From IMG/VR virus record IMGVR_UViG_3300044956_001213, positions 6,118 to 70,117 of that record: 64,000 bases of DNA; one strand, given 5' to 3'. The DNA is from a virus. This document shows, piece after piece, positions 21,361 to 32,357 of this stretch (the stretch's first letter is position 1; every line of letters starts with the position of its first letter). The notes beneath the pieces were generated by a model, which had not been told where the DNA came from, did not search any database, and was given only the letters and a program-made list of their open reading frames with translations. The position numbers and the translations under genes were made by a program.

Positions 21361-22701
21361 TTAATTATTTGGAAGACCGGGTACTGGAATATTTGTGTCT
21401 ATAGGGTTACTAGCAGGTGCACTACTATTTTGTCTTGAAGTATTTACATAAGGATTTAAAATTGAATTTATACCCACTCCCAGGGTATTAGTAGTGACTA
21501 AGCTCTTTTTATTTAAAACCGAATACATAAAATTTTTAGATTCAGGTAGTAGGCTCTTTATATTAATTTTTACCATGTAAGCATCGGGAATAATAGTGGT
21601 TATATTTCTAAAAACATTATTATTATTAAAACCTCTTACTATAAAATCCCGGGGCATACCTGGTTGTGTAGGTCCAGTTAGAGGTACAGAAACATCTACA
21701 TTTAATTGATCTGCTACATTCAAATCAAATGAAAGTTCTCTTCTTGAACCTTGAAATTCTACTGTTATGCTGTTAATGTAAGCGAAAGGTAAAAACTTTA
21801 CTCCAGGTATTTCAACCTGATAAATTACAGGTGGATCAATTACTGATACATTTTTTCTGGCTGGCTTGTTATTGTAAAGTAGTAAGAAAAGTAATTCCCA
21901 GTTTCTGATTACATCCTCATAAGTTGCAGAGCCAGTGTTAATAAGAGGGAAGCTAAAACTAAATTCTTCTCCTTCAGTAGGATAATTATAAAATTTAGCT
22001 CTCTCTACAAATGTTATTTGGGTGGGGTTGTTTAGTGCGCTAAATGTATCTGCGATATCGGTGACTAAATCAACACCTTGTTTTAAGAAGCTTAAAGCAG
22101 CGCTGCCTCCTATATCATTAGAAAATGCATTAGCTGCTGCGTTGTTGTAGTTATCAAAATATGGCATTATAAACGTCCACCCTGTGGGTTCAGTAATGTA
22201 AAGGTTTTGATAAGGTAGTAGATATGGATTTGATGTGTATACATCATTATTATCTTGTAAGAATGGTAAATTGTTTACATAGTTTGTTACTGCTTGACCT
22301 GCATCAGATTCGCGAACAGAAGTTATTTGTTTCTTTAAAAATGAATTAATTGGGTTAGACATATTTGTGGGTAAATTATTAATAAACTGCTTTACTCCTG
22401 CTTTTGAAACACCGAAAGAATATTTTAATTGAGAGATAAGAGCGTTAGCTTTTAGTCTCTTCTCAATTAAAATAATTCTAGGTACTTCCTGTCTTCCTTC
22501 GTTAAGCTTAGAATAAGTCCAATAGAAGTCTCTAACTACATTAACAAGGCTTCCTTGCGAATTTGACGTAGTGGCTGCTATACCTGATCCTAAAGGTGTA
22601 TTGTTAGGGCTTATTAAAATAGGTGGTTCAACATCTATAGTATTATCCTTTTTAAAATCTGAATAATTTTTAGTTCTTGACACCGAGAATATGTGATTCA
22701 T
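21361..22701 (-). CDS. Baseplate-tail tube junction protein (gp48/gp54-like)
   Basis: FSFSFPLIN...DPPVIYQVEIPG...AYINSITVEF tube-like fold pattern; gene context. Confidence 0.5.
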   Translation of the reverse strand: MNHIFSVSRTKNYSDFKKDNTIDVEPPILISPNNTPLGSGIAATTSNSQGSLVNVVRDFYWTYSKLNEGRQEVPRIILIEKRLKANALISQLKYSFGVSKAGVKQFINNLPTNMSNPINSFLKKQITSVRESDAGQAVTNYVNNLPFLQDNNDVYTSNPYLLPYQNLYITEPTGWTFIMPYFDNYNNAAANAFSNDIGGSAALSFLKQGVDLVTDIADTFSALNNPTQITFVERAKFYNYPTEGEEFSFSFPLINTGSATYEDVIRNWELLFLLLYNNKPARKNVSVIDPPVIYQVEIPGVKFLPFAYINSITVEFQGSRRELSFDLNVADQLNVDVSVPLTGPTQPGMPRDFIVRGFNNNNVFRNITTIIPDAYMVKINIKSLLPESKNFMYSVLNKKSLVTTNTLGVGINSILNPYVNTSRQNSSAPASNPIDTNIPVPGLPNN

Positions 22702-22702
22702 A

Positions 22703-24532
22703 TTAGAAATTGGCTAAAAACGATAGCTCCTTTCTGTAATCTAAATTAGTAGAACCCTTTTCATTAAACACAGTGTTGCTATTTGAATTTTGAACTATAA
22801 CATTGTTACCTGCATCTTTATCTCTTATAGATTTTAATAGATTAACGTTTTCTATCATTATTTTTTGTTCTGCTTGTTGCAAAGTTGTTGATGTCTTAAT
22901 ATAACTGGTTAAACTTTTGCTTAAATCTGAGACAACACGAGTAAGATTATCCACAGATTTATTAGTTTCTTCGGTATTTGCTCTTATAATATTATCTATA
23001 GGACCTCCATTTTTAATAGCTAATATTTCATCATTTTTATCAAATGAATAAGATTGCCCTTGTGAATACATAGTTCTATCTCCTGTGTCTAGAAAATCGC
23101 TTACTTTTTTAGGCTCTTTAGTTTCTGTTTCCTTAGACCTCAAGCTATTCAAGTCAAGAGTAATAAGTTTCTTGAGATTATCCCAAGTAATGTTATCCGC
23201 AACCCATCCTAAAAGCCCTTTTAAAAATCCTGTAATTTTATCCCAAAGCCCTACGACCCAATTCTTTACTGCAGAAAACGCTTTACCAGTTAATTCAACT
23301 AAATCAAAATCCTTAAAGAATTTTTGAGTTTTTTCTCCTAAATCTTTATTAAAAAATCCTATTAACCAACCTACTACTTTTCCTCCTAAGCCAACTATAA
23401 ACGAAACTACTTGATTTAATATTTGATTGAGTCCTTCTAACCACTTTCCCTCTCTAAACGGTTTAAATATTTTTTCTATTCTATCTCTTATTTCATCAAA
23501 AGAAATTAGATTTAGCCCAAAAATCTCAAAAATATCAAAAAATTCTAATATACCTGAGATAAATCCTGTTAAAAGTTTTTGAAAAAATGATTTATCTTTT
23601 AATTTATCGTCATTAAAGGCTTTAAAAAGACCTGTAACTATTTCTATTACTAAAAACAAAGGTGCTAAAAGTTTACCAAAAATTTTACCAGCCTTAAGTC
23701 CTAAATTAAAAAAGCCTCCTAGCTTAGATAAAAACCCTAAAAATCCTTTAAAAGCTATGCCAGGTAATTTAAGTTTTCCAAACAGGCTAGTAATTGGTTT
23801 AAAGAAATTTTTTACTTTAAAAAGTAAGCTTTTTACTGCGTTAAAAATTGAAATTACTCTAGTGCTTAAAATATTAAAAAACCCCTTTACTGATTTTACA
23901 ATTTTAGAGTCTGAAATTGCAGCTCTCCAGCTCAATACAGTTTGTTTTATAGAGTTAAAAAAGCCCTTTACAATCTTACCAATTTTTGAATCTTTTATTA
24001 AAGTAATACCTTGAATTATTTTAGACTTAATAGCTTTAAACAAGCCTGTAATAAATTTTCCTATATTTGTTTCTTTAAAAATACCATATAATCCTTGAAT
24101 AGATGTTTTTAAAAATTTAAAAAACTTTCTAATTTGATCTAGAAAACCTAACACCGCTCCAATAATAAATCCTATTACAAAAGCTAAAATAAAGAATAAT
24201 TTAGCCCATGGGCCGCTTTTTACATCAGGTTTTTTACTGTCCATATCAAAAGAAAACAATCCCTTAAGCGTTTTTTGTATTTCTCTTTTACCGTCGGGTG
24301 TTATAGAATCTATTGAAATAGGAACTGCCTGATATGATTTTTGCTTTTGTTTTAATCTTCTAAATCTACCTCTATTTTCTTTTTCTTCTGGAAATAGTTG
24401 ATCTTGTAACGATTTCAAAAACTCTGGATTATTGTTTTTATCATTAGATTTTAATTTTTGCATTAATGCAAAGACGCCTGCATTAGAATTACTTGTGTCT
24501 CCCCCAATACCTGAGGTACCATCGTTGTTCAT
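22703..24532 (-). CDS. Putative tape measure protein
   Basis: 609 aa of amphipathic G/F/K-rich helices with hydrophobic segments; lies in the tail module; late promoter at 24539-24544. Confidence 0.6.
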   Translation of the reverse strand: MNNDGTSGIGGDTSNSNAGVFALMQKLKSNDKNNNPEFLKSLQDQLFPEEKENRGRFRRLKQKQKSYQAVPISIDSITPDGKREIQKTLKGLFSFDMDSKKPDVKSGPWAKLFFILAFVIGFIIGAVLGFLDQIRKFFKFLKTSIQGLYGIFKETNIGKFITGLFKAIKSKIIQGITLIKDSKIGKIVKGFFNSIKQTVLSWRAAISDSKIVKSVKGFFNILSTRVISIFNAVKSLLFKVKNFFKPITSLFGKLKLPGIAFKGFLGFLSKLGGFFNLGLKAGKIFGKLLAPLFLVIEIVTGLFKAFNDDKLKDKSFFQKLLTGFISGILEFFDIFEIFGLNLISFDEIRDRIEKIFKPFREGKWLEGLNQILNQVVSFIVGLGGKVVGWLIGFFNKDLGEKTQKFFKDFDLVELTGKAFSAVKNWVVGLWDKITGFLKGLLGWVADNITWDNLKKLITLDLNSLRSKETETKEPKKVSDFLDTGDRTMYSQGQSYSFDKNDEILAIKNGGPIDNIIRANTEETNKSVDNLTRVVSDLSKSLTSYIKTSTTLQQAEQKIMIENVNLLKSIRDKDAGNNVIVQNSNSNTVFNEKGSTNLDYRKELSFLANF

Positions 24533-24559
24533 TTATAATATTTAAAGAAAAACGTGGGT

Positions 24560-25309
24560 TTAAACTGTAAAAAGAGTAGGGTCAATATCAATATCTATAT
24601 CTTTACCACCGCTAACGAAATACTTCTTTTCAAACAGTTTAACCTCATTAATATAATTAACAATTTTAGAATTTAAAGTAAGAGGAAGTTTTTCCGCAAT
24701 TTGCACTCTTTGAGAAAAGGGAATATCATTAAAAATAACGTCTATAGGTTGATTACCATCGTTAATAGTAATTTTATCTATATATTTTAAGAGCTCATTT
24801 ATAAACATTTCACCAACTGCTTCCTTGGGTAAGTCGTCATTTTCTGGTAGAGGTTGTATCTTCTTTTTTGTCTCGTTATTAATAAAAGTATCTTTTATTA
24901 ACTGAGGTATAGAGCATGAAACTTTCAACCCGCTATCAGCTAATTCAATTGCTTTTATGTCTTCAGGTACTTGAATGTTATTATTTACGATAAAAGAAAT
25001 ATCTAGATTACCTTCTTCAGAAGTAATTGTTGAAGAAAGCGACAAAGCTCTTAAAGTAACTAAGATATAACTTCTATCAATTAATAAAAAATTAATTTTT
25101 TCTAAGCAATTTTCAATTATAATTGAATTAGCTAAATTTGAAAAAGTTAACCCTGCTAGACTTTTATCAAGCGCAGCTTTAACTGCTTCCTTTTGCTGCT
25201 TAGTTGTTAGTCCTTTGAATTTTATTTTTTTATTAATTGAAGGTACATAAACATCGAAAACTTTATTTAAATTGTCAAGTGATGAAAGTACATTAGAAAT
25301 GTTTTCCAT
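24560..25309 (-). CDS. Baseplate hub assembly protein (gp26-like)
   Basis: VYVPSINKKIKFKGLTTKQQK...DRSYILVTLRALS. Confidence 0.6.
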   Translation of the reverse strand: MENISNVLSSLDNLNKVFDVYVPSINKKIKFKGLTTKQQKEAVKAALDKSLAGLTFSNLANSIIIENCLEKINFLLIDRSYILVTLRALSLSSTITSEEGNLDISFIVNNNIQVPEDIKAIELADSGLKVSCSIPQLIKDTFINNETKKKIQPLPENDDLPKEAVGEMFINELLKYIDKITINDGNQPIDVIFNDIPFSQRVQIAEKLPLTLNSKIVNYINEVKLFEKKYFVSGGKDIDIDIDPTLFTV

Positions 25310-25314
25310 AAAAA

Positions 25315-26163
25315 CTATTTAGTTGGCGGTCCCTGTTTTTCAATTGGAAATGATTTAGCCTGCTCTTCATTTAATTTCTTTACTTCAGCTTCATAAATAT
25401 TGGCTAATACTAAGTTTTCTGCTAATGTGTTCTTATCTACATATTCTGGTGAATAAAACATTTTACTTACAAGTAAGTATTGAAGTTCCATTATGCTTTT
25501 TAAATTAGCAGAATACAGAGCTTTTAAAATTTCAATGAAAGACAGATTAAAGGGTGTGATTGTTATCTTTTCTTCTTTAGATAAGCCTATATTAAGTACT
25601 ATTTTTTTAAACATCTCTGTAGTTTCATCGGCAAATTTTTTTAAATGATTAGTAATTTCCGCGGGAAGCATTTCAATTAGCTTAGATCGATCGTGTGGAT
25701 ATACTATCTCTTTTTCATTATAAAATACCTTATTAATACTATCATAATAAATGTCAAACATATTTTCAAAGGCTAATTGCTTAGGTAGTGATAATGTAAT
25801 TTTTATATTCTCATCCAATTTAATAGTTTTTAAAAAATCAATTTTAAAATCTAAACAAGTTTTAAGAAAAGGCATTAAAGAAGCTTTAGAGTTAATTTTA
25901 TCTTTTTTAAATTCAACTTCTGGTGAAACACTTATACATCTTAATAAAAACAAAGCACAAAATTTATCAAAATTTGTTAATTGAGTAAAAAATTCTTTTT
26001 CTATTAAACAATCATTTAAAATAACATCAAAATATTCTGAAATATGAAAATTATTATTGTTAATTAAAAATTTGTTTAAAATTCTATATTTTTCAAAACT
26101 AACTTCTTTTAGTTTTAAGCTTTTGTTTAATGTAGGTGAGTCAAAATTTAAGTAAAATTCCAT
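25315..26163 (-). CDS. Baseplate hub assembly protein paralogue (gp26/gp51-like)
   Basis: LTNFDKFCALFLLRCISV; C-terminal gp51-like segment. Confidence 0.45.
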   Translation of the reverse strand: MEFYLNFDSPTLNKSLKLKEVSFEKYRILNKFLINNNNFHISEYFDVILNDCLIEKEFFTQLTNFDKFCALFLLRCISVSPEVEFKKDKINSKASLMPFLKTCLDFKIDFLKTIKLDENIKITLSLPKQLAFENMFDIYYDSINKVFYNEKEIVYPHDRSKLIEMLPAEITNHLKKFADETTEMFKKIVLNIGLSKEEKITITPFNLSFIEILKALYSANLKSIMELQYLLVSKMFYSPEYVDKNTLAENLVLANIYEAEVKKLNEEQAKSFPIEKQGPPTK

Positions 26164-26164
26164 G

Positions 26165-27073
26165 TTAGATAAACCCTAAAGGATTTATACTACCAATTCC
26201 ATTTTGAAAGGTGGTAACTCTTGGAATAGCTCCGTTTGATATTCTGTTTACTATATCCACCACTGGTAAGTATAGGCTAGTTTCTACTGTATAATTACTG
26301 TAAGTCCAGCGAGTACTGTATGTAGTGAGTTTTTCATCAACATAGTCTAGTGATTCCTCGCTGACTTGATACGGTATGCAATTATAGAATGTAAATACCT
26401 TTCTAGGTATCATAGAGATACTATTAATTGTTCTTGAATATTGTAATAAGGTCATATTACATTTCATATTACGTAAATCTTTTTTACCTTTTATATCACC
26501 AGGTCTAGCTGTCATACCGTAATGAGATCCTAAGATTACCCACGGTCTTATAACAAAATCTATAAACGATGTGTTTGTTTCTTTAAAATCTATTATTAAC
26601 TCTGAAGGATCAGTTCTTCTATTTTTAGCAATAATACCTGGCAAAAAGCCCCTATTATTTGAAACAGAAATACCATCTACATTATAGTATTCAGCAGGAA
26701 TAGTAACTTCATGAGCAAACAGACATCCAATTATTTTTTGAAGAGGAAAGCTTTTTAAAATGTTTACTGCTGTATCTATGTTAAATCCTTTTTTACTACC
26801 ATCTATTCTTTCCAAGCCTTGAATTAAGCTTGTTCTTATAGCGGGTGGATAGCGATCTATAACAACAATCCATTGAGTTGAAGTGGGTATGGAAGTAAAC
26901 CACGATTCCATTTGTACAAGAAAATAATCACGAACGCTAATTAACGGTACTCCAGGTATATTAAACCCAAATAGCTCAGTAATTTGAGGCGAGAAGGCTG
27001 GGTTTGTTCCGTCTAAAAGGCCGTTAAAATTTCGACCTATTCCGTTAAGCGCATCCGTAATCGGATTATTCAC
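26165..27073 (-). CDS. Tail tube-like baseplate protein
   Basis: Tube-fold pattern FTFYNCIPYQVS; adjacent to the tail tube gene; late promoter at 27079-27085. Confidence 0.55.
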   Translation of the reverse strand: MNNPITDALNGIGRNFNGLLDGTNPAFSPQITELFGFNIPGVPLISVRDYFLVQMESWFTSIPTSTQWIVVIDRYPPAIRTSLIQGLERIDGSKKGFNIDTAVNILKSFPLQKIIGCLFAHEVTIPAEYYNVDGISVSNNRGFLPGIIAKNRRTDPSELIIDFKETNTSFIDFVIRPWVILGSHYGMTARPGDIKGKKDLRNMKCNMTLLQYSRTINSISMIPRKVFTFYNCIPYQVSEESLDYVDEKLTTYSTRWTYSNYTVETSLYLPVVDIVNRISNGAIPRVTTFQNGIGSINPLGFI

Positions 27074-27081
27074 TTAATTAT

Positions 27082-27630
27082 TTATCCAATATTACGCCAG
27101 TAGTGATAAGAAACGGTAGCAGTGAATTCAATTGTTTCACCAGTACCAGAAGCTATATTATAGGTAATAGGACCTACATTGCGTACTGATACACCAACTA
27201 ATTGATATTGAGCTACTTTATTAAGCTGATTATCTAGCTGTACTAAATCCATAATAGCTGTCTGCTTAGGTGCAAAGTAATTACCGGTTGAATTAGCATC
27301 ATTAAAAATGTCAAACGACCATTGTTCAAATTTTTGACGGATTTGTGAATTAGCATCAGCATAAAATGTAAGGTCATACGCATCACTACCCGGGTATTGA
27401 GAGACACCAGGAATATTAAAGTTTAACCCCATATAAGGTACTTCTACATTCTTAATTGAACGTGCGGGTAAGGTAGCAGTTTTTACAAAAACTAAATCAT
27501 CTTGATCAAACGTCACATTACTTGCGCCACCAGTATTAATTGATAATACTCTAAAATTAAAATCGCGTGCGAATTCACGAGTAGCTGCTACTCTGTAAAA
27601 ATCTGTAATAAGTTGATTTACGTCTGCCAT
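27082..27630 (-). CDS. gp19: Tail tube protein
   Basis: KTATLPAR...VPYMG...PG...LVQLD...EFTATVSYHYW. Confidence 0.85.
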   Translation of the reverse strand: MADVNQLITDFYRVAATREFARDFNFRVLSINTGGASNVTFDQDDLVFVKTATLPARSIKNVEVPYMGLNFNIPGVSQYPGSDAYDLTFYADANSQIRQKFEQWSFDIFNDANSTGNYFAPKQTAIMDLVQLDNQLNKVAQYQLVGVSVRNVGPITYNIASGTGETIEFTATVSYHYWRNIG

Positions 27631-27655
27631 AAAATTATTTATTTATCTATTATGA

Positions 27656-29962
27656 TTACGTTACAATCTCCTGGAAGTTTGTACCGGTTCTTGTAGCGTA
27701 GAAATTAACTAAAATATATTCTGCAGCTCTTACCGGTTTAATGTATATATCTATTACTACTGTATTGTCATCAATAATAGCAGGTGTATTGTTGCGCTCA
27801 TCACAAATTAATAGATAATCGTATATACCTTGAGTATTTTTAGCATTATCAAATATTGGTGATAGGCTATTTAAAATTTGTGTGCGTGTGAATAACGTGT
27901 TGGGCTCGAATAAGAAATACTTAACTGTATCTCTTGTTGCGACTTCTAGATTTAAAAATAATCTACGTACGTTAATTCGATCAAAAGCGCCGGGCTTTTT
28001 CTGTAATGTCTTTTGTCCAAAAATTACAAAGCCTTCGGCTGGAAAAAACGCAACAGGGTTGATATTAATCCTATAGAGTTGATCACGCTGCTTTTGCTTG
28101 GGATATATCCCTAGATCAGCAACACCTGCTAGCGTACCGCGTGTGAACCCGGCTGGCGCATACCACGGTTGATATGTATTATCAGTATTTGCCATAGCTG
28201 CAGCTGCAAAACCAGAAAAAGGTACCCATACTTGTTGATTTGTTGCAATATCGGCAACTTTTGCAATATTACCAAATACACAAGCATAGCTCGTATCAAT
28301 TCCAGAGAACTGATTTTTTAGTGGCCAAAAAATATCGGATGAAAATGAAGTTCCTGGATTATCTAACGTCCTTACGTTAGCCCCTTGTATAAAAATATTA
28401 GATATAGCATCAGCTATAAATAAGTGATCTTTGCGGCTATTAGCAAGATTAAGAAACACACCAGCAACAGAATTATATAAATCCACAGTTGTTGAAGGTG
28501 TTAAAGGGTTTTGACTCTTAAGTTCTGTTGCAACAGTATCATAAAAAACTGTATCATCAAAATAACCGAACGTTGAGGGATTGAATGAATTTATATAAAT
28601 TGTTCCTAAACCAGCTTCGAGAACGAGATTAATAGGAAATAAATCAACATTGCTAATTTTCTCACTGGCAGCTGTAAGCTTTGCAGGTATATTACCAATA
28701 ACTTTTGTTGCTAAATTTGTATCTGAATAATCTCCTAGTGCGTAAAGTGAAGACGTTGTACCGTAATCTACAACTAGCTGTTCAACAACATTGTTAGGTG
28801 CACCGACACGCAATAGGTACTCAGATAAATCTTCGCCTTCTAGTAGATTAGATAATGCTTGTGTCAAAAAGCGAGTTTTTTTCGTTGGTGTTCCGTTAAG
28901 ATTAAGCCATGTTGTACCATTCTTGTTCGAAATAAATGGATTAATAATTGTTGTTACGTTTAAAGAGTTTTGATCAACATTCTCCATAAAATAACTAACT
29001 GCAGGTCCACCGTTAATGCTATTAATTTCTCTATTAGCATCGAAAGAAGCTGTATAACCTTCCTGAAGCACAAAATCGAGTGCAATTGTGTCGGGTGAAA
29101 AGACAGATTGTCTTAACTTAAATACACCTAACGTTACAGTATCGTCAAACTGTCTCGATGAAATATCAAAGGAAGGTATATTTTCTAAAACTTCAGATAC
29201 ACTGCCCTGTAGACCTGTTGAATCAGCTGAAAGTGTAAAGTTAAGCCTTACTTGAGGTATTTCAACAAAATTATTTAATGAAAACTGCGAAATAGCTGTA
29301 GCAGCGCTATTAATAGTTAATACACTGTTAACATCATTAAACGGCGTAGCAGGATTTAAGTTTGTATTGTCTATAAAGCTAATGTATGTTCCTTCAAATT
29401 TTGTATTAATTGTAGATTGTGCCTTGTTTAATACTATAACGCCTGCACCGGAAAGCGAAGCAATAGAGTCAAATAGCTTTGCCCCACCAGTGTCAGAGCT
29501 CCATTCAAAACCATCACCCTTAAGAATAGAAAGATATTCAGACTGAGTTAATTTCAAGTGCGTTGGCGCACCAAAGAAATATGTACTATCAGTGTTAGTA
29601 AGGTTAGTTGTTGTAGAGCCAAGAAAAGACGAATAAGCAACTACTGGAAACACCAGTGCACTATATTCTTCGCTCGTATCTACCCCAGCATTTTCACCGT
29701 ACGGTAAACGATATACTATAACGTTAGCAGGTGATTGTAAGGTAGCTTTGACTGTGTGATAAAAATATCTTTCTGCAGAATTTGTTGATGCACCGAATAT
29801 CTGTTCAAACTCTGATAATGATGAAATGCTAATCGGTTCAGATATAGGGCCTTTTGCGGCAAAACCGGGGATAAATACGGTTGTTGCTGGGGTTCCAACA
29901 CCTCTTAATGATAAATCTATTTCTTGAATCTGTACCCCAGGGCTTTGAATTGTGCGTGCCAT
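27656..29962 (-). CDS. gp18: Tail sheath protein
   Basis: SPGVQIQEIDLS, WYAPAGFTRG, INPV, GQKTLQ and FDRINVRRLF. Confidence 0.95.
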   Translation of the reverse strand: MARTIQSPGVQIQEIDLSLRGVGTPATTVFIPGFAAKGPISEPISISSLSEFEQIFGASTNSAERYFYHTVKATLQSPANVIVYRLPYGENAGVDTSEEYSALVFPVVAYSSFLGSTTTNLTNTDSTYFFGAPTHLKLTQSEYLSILKGDGFEWSSDTGGAKLFDSIASLSGAGVIVLNKAQSTINTKFEGTYISFIDNTNLNPATPFNDVNSVLTINSAATAISQFSLNNFVEIPQVRLNFTLSADSTGLQGSVSEVLENIPSFDISSRQFDDTVTLGVFKLRQSVFSPDTIALDFVLQEGYTASFDANREINSINGGPAVSYFMENVDQNSLNVTTIINPFISNKNGTTWLNLNGTPTKKTRFLTQALSNLLEGEDLSEYLLRVGAPNNVVEQLVVDYGTTSSLYALGDYSDTNLATKVIGNIPAKLTAASEKISNVDLFPINLVLEAGLGTIYINSFNPSTFGYFDDTVFYDTVATELKSQNPLTPSTTVDLYNSVAGVFLNLANSRKDHLFIADAISNIFIQGANVRTLDNPGTSFSSDIFWPLKNQFSGIDTSYACVFGNIAKVADIATNQQVWVPFSGFAAAAMANTDNTYQPWYAPAGFTRGTLAGVADLGIYPKQKQRDQLYRININPVAFFPAEGFVIFGQKTLQKKPGAFDRINVRRLFLNLEVATRDTVKYFLFEPNTLFTRTQILNSLSPIFDNAKNTQGIYDYLLICDERNNTPAIIDDNTVVIDIYIKPVRAAEYILVNFYATRTGTNFQEIVT

Positions 29963-29968
29963 ATAAAG

Positions 29969-29975
29969 TATTTAT
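29969..29975 (-). promoter_or_regulatory. T4-like late promoter ATAAATA, 6 nt upstream of the sheath ATG (representative of at least 18 sites)
   Basis: Same motif 5-7 nt before starts at 1861, 8825, 14638, 14709, 16736, 21316, 24532, 27073, 27630, 30619, 32358, 33343, 36179, 36213, 37864, 45685, 59576 and 60596. A gp55 sigma factor is encoded in the window. Confidence 0.85.
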
Positions 29976-30004
29976 GTTTTTTCAGATAAAACTTTTAATT
30001 TTTT

Positions 30005-30619
30005 TTACAAAGTATCTATTTGTTCTACTAAAGAAATAGATAGTTGAGAATAACTAAAAGAAAAAGATGTCTCTACTTCGCCGTTATCTCTATTATTAAA
30101 AATAATACCACCTAAAGATATAGGAAACGCGTCGGTATATAAAAATTCTACAACTCTTTTGTCATATTCGTCTAATGCAAATATAGAAAGGTTGGCCCTA
30201 TATAATAAATTGTCTCTGTTTGCAGATTGTGTTTTAACAGGATCAGTTAAATTGTCTTTGTCAAATATACTTCTTTTAGAGTCGTTTAATAAATCTAACC
30301 ATTTATAAATGGTCCAATAATTATTAAATCTATTATCAACAGTAAAGTTAACAGTGACCGGGGGGTATGGCTCTCGCGAGTGGCTAGAGGCTGCAAGTGT
30401 TTGACCTGCGTAACGTATGTTAACAACAGGAACTTCTATATCAGGTACTACAGCTCCGTAAACTGAAAACTGCAATGCATCGGGTAATATAGTTGAATTA
30501 TCTCTAGAAGTTTTTTTAGAAATTTTTTTAAGCCCTTCTGGAAAATTTAAAACAAGTAAAAATTTATCTTTACGAGATTTATTAAACGGACTTTGAACAT
30601 AGGGTTCTAGATTTGCCAT
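30005..30619 (-). CDS. gp3: Tail completion / tube terminator protein (gp3-like)
   Basis: VNFTVDNRFNNYWTIYKWL...FLYTDAFPISLG...FSYS. Confidence 0.7.
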   Translation of the reverse strand: MANLEPYVQSPFNKSRKDKFLLVLNFPEGLKKISKKTSRDNSTILPDALQFSVYGAVVPDIEVPVVNIRYAGQTLAASSHSREPYPPVTVNFTVDNRFNNYWTIYKWLDLLNDSKRSIFDKDNLTDPVKTQSANRDNLLYRANLSIFALDEYDKRVVEFLYTDAFPISLGGIIFNNRDNGEVETSFSFSYSQLSISLVEQIDTL

Positions 30620-30627
30620 AAAATTAT

Positions 30628-32346
30628 TTATCTTAATTGACGCCAGCCCTGAGCTTCTAAATCATTTATTTCATTATAATTGTTAGAATTATCACCTTCA
30701 ATAACTATAGGAAGCGGTGGAATACCATCATGATAATTTTTTTCGTTACTATAAATTGAAGCAGGATTAATAAAATATTTTATACCATAATCTAACGATT
30801 TAAGTTTTAATGGTTTTTGATTGTTGTCGTATTGAGCTATTTCAAAATATTTTTCAACTAGACCGTTTTCTAGTATTATTAATGCCCATAATAAACTCAT
30901 CACTCTATCGTCCCAACTGTCTACACCTTGCTTTGCAGCCCACGTACCGTTTGGATATCTTACAAATCCTTTTAATTCGTTTAAAGTTTTCATATCTCTA
31001 ATTTTTAAAACTTTTAACTCTGATAACCAATATCTCATATTTATAACACCCTTGTATTTTGTGTTAGTATGAGCTTGTACACCAATTTTATTAAAACTTA
31101 CAGGACCTGCCTTTATACCATATGAAACTATATTTTCATACCCTAATGTATTTTTAAGTTGATCTACCACTTGAGCGCCGCAATTGTTTCTTTCTATTAA
31201 AGCAAAAGGTGATCCCCAATGTTTTAAGATTTCGTGCAACTTAGTTGTAAAATTGTAGGGGCTAATTGTACGGTCATGATAAATGGCTACTTGTTTAATT
31301 TCTCTAAGATCGGTAATATCTAAAATCTGTATTACGCTTGCTGCTTCGCCGACACCCTCACTTATATCAACACCCGCTACATATATGTGATCTTTATCAG
31401 GTTCATCCCACATTAAATATTTTCCTTCTTCAAAAATAAAATTAGGTTCAATACATTCTAATCTCATTTCTTCGAAAAGCTTTTCATCTAATGCGCTCTC
31501 CCCAGCTTGTAAGAAAACATTTCCAAATTCCTGATCGAAAACTTCTCTACTACCTAGAGTACGAATAGTTTTTTCTTTCCACGCATTATCTCGCCCAGGA
31601 AACTCCCACCAATCAACCTTTTCGGCATGCCAATCGTTTTTACCTTCTATAGCGCCTGAATAAAGTTCATGAAAAAGATTATCTGTTCCGTTTGGTGTTG
31701 AAGCAACAAATATCTTAGACTTTTTAGAAGATGAAATAATAGGATATACAGAGCTCCAGAATTGCTCAACAAGATGATTGTCAATAAATGCCAACTCGTC
31801 CAAAATAAGAACATTACAGCTATCACCTCGCCCAGCATCGCTACTAGTCGTTGAAATACCGATACTAGATCCATTTCCTAGCGACATTGACGTTTTTCCG
31901 TATTCTACTGTTCCAGGTTTTAAGTAGTTAGGTAGTTTCTCATAAGCTAAACGAACTCTCTTAAAAATATTAATAGCAGTTTGTTCTTTGTTAGCTACAA
32001 TAAGAATACGCTGATCTTCAAAAAAGCTAGCAATCCATAGAGCATATATTGTCATAAGAGTGGTTTTTCCAATTTGGCGACTTGCTAATAAACAAACAAA
32101 CCTATTATCTCTTAAACTCCTTAAAATGCGTTTTTGATACGAATGTAACTTAATTTTTATTTTACCTTCATCTAGATTTGTTATAAAAAAGAAGTTTTCT
32201 GCAAAATAAAGAATATTTTTTCTACACTTAGCTATATCTTCAATCCATTCCGGATGTGCTTCATAATCAAATACCGCATCTGTATTGGGTAAATTTTGAT
32301 TACCTAAATAAAATTGACTTTCTTGTTTTTTAAGCATATATAACAT
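30628..32346 (-). CDS. gp17: Terminase large subunit
   Basis: ASRQIGKTT (Walker A), ILDELAF (Walker B), STPNG, GVDISEG and DDRVM nuclease motifs. Confidence 0.95.
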   Translation of the reverse strand: MLYMLKKQESQFYLGNQNLPNTDAVFDYEAHPEWIEDIAKCRKNILYFAENFFFITNLDEGKIKIKLHSYQKRILRSLRDNRFVCLLASRQIGKTTLMTIYALWIASFFEDQRILIVANKEQTAINIFKRVRLAYEKLPNYLKPGTVEYGKTSMSLGNGSSIGISTTSSDAGRGDSCNVLILDELAFIDNHLVEQFWSSVYPIISSSKKSKIFVASTPNGTDNLFHELYSGAIEGKNDWHAEKVDWWEFPGRDNAWKEKTIRTLGSREVFDQEFGNVFLQAGESALDEKLFEEMRLECIEPNFIFEEGKYLMWDEPDKDHIYVAGVDISEGVGEAASVIQILDITDLREIKQVAIYHDRTISPYNFTTKLHEILKHWGSPFALIERNNCGAQVVDQLKNTLGYENIVSYGIKAGPVSFNKIGVQAHTNTKYKGVINMRYWLSELKVLKIRDMKTLNELKGFVRYPNGTWAAKQGVDSWDDRVMSLLWALIILENGLVEKYFEIAQYDNNQKPLKLKSLDYGIKYFINPASIYSNEKNYHDGIPPLPIVIEGDNSNNYNEINDLEAQGWRQLR

Positions 32347-32357
32347 AAATACTTAAT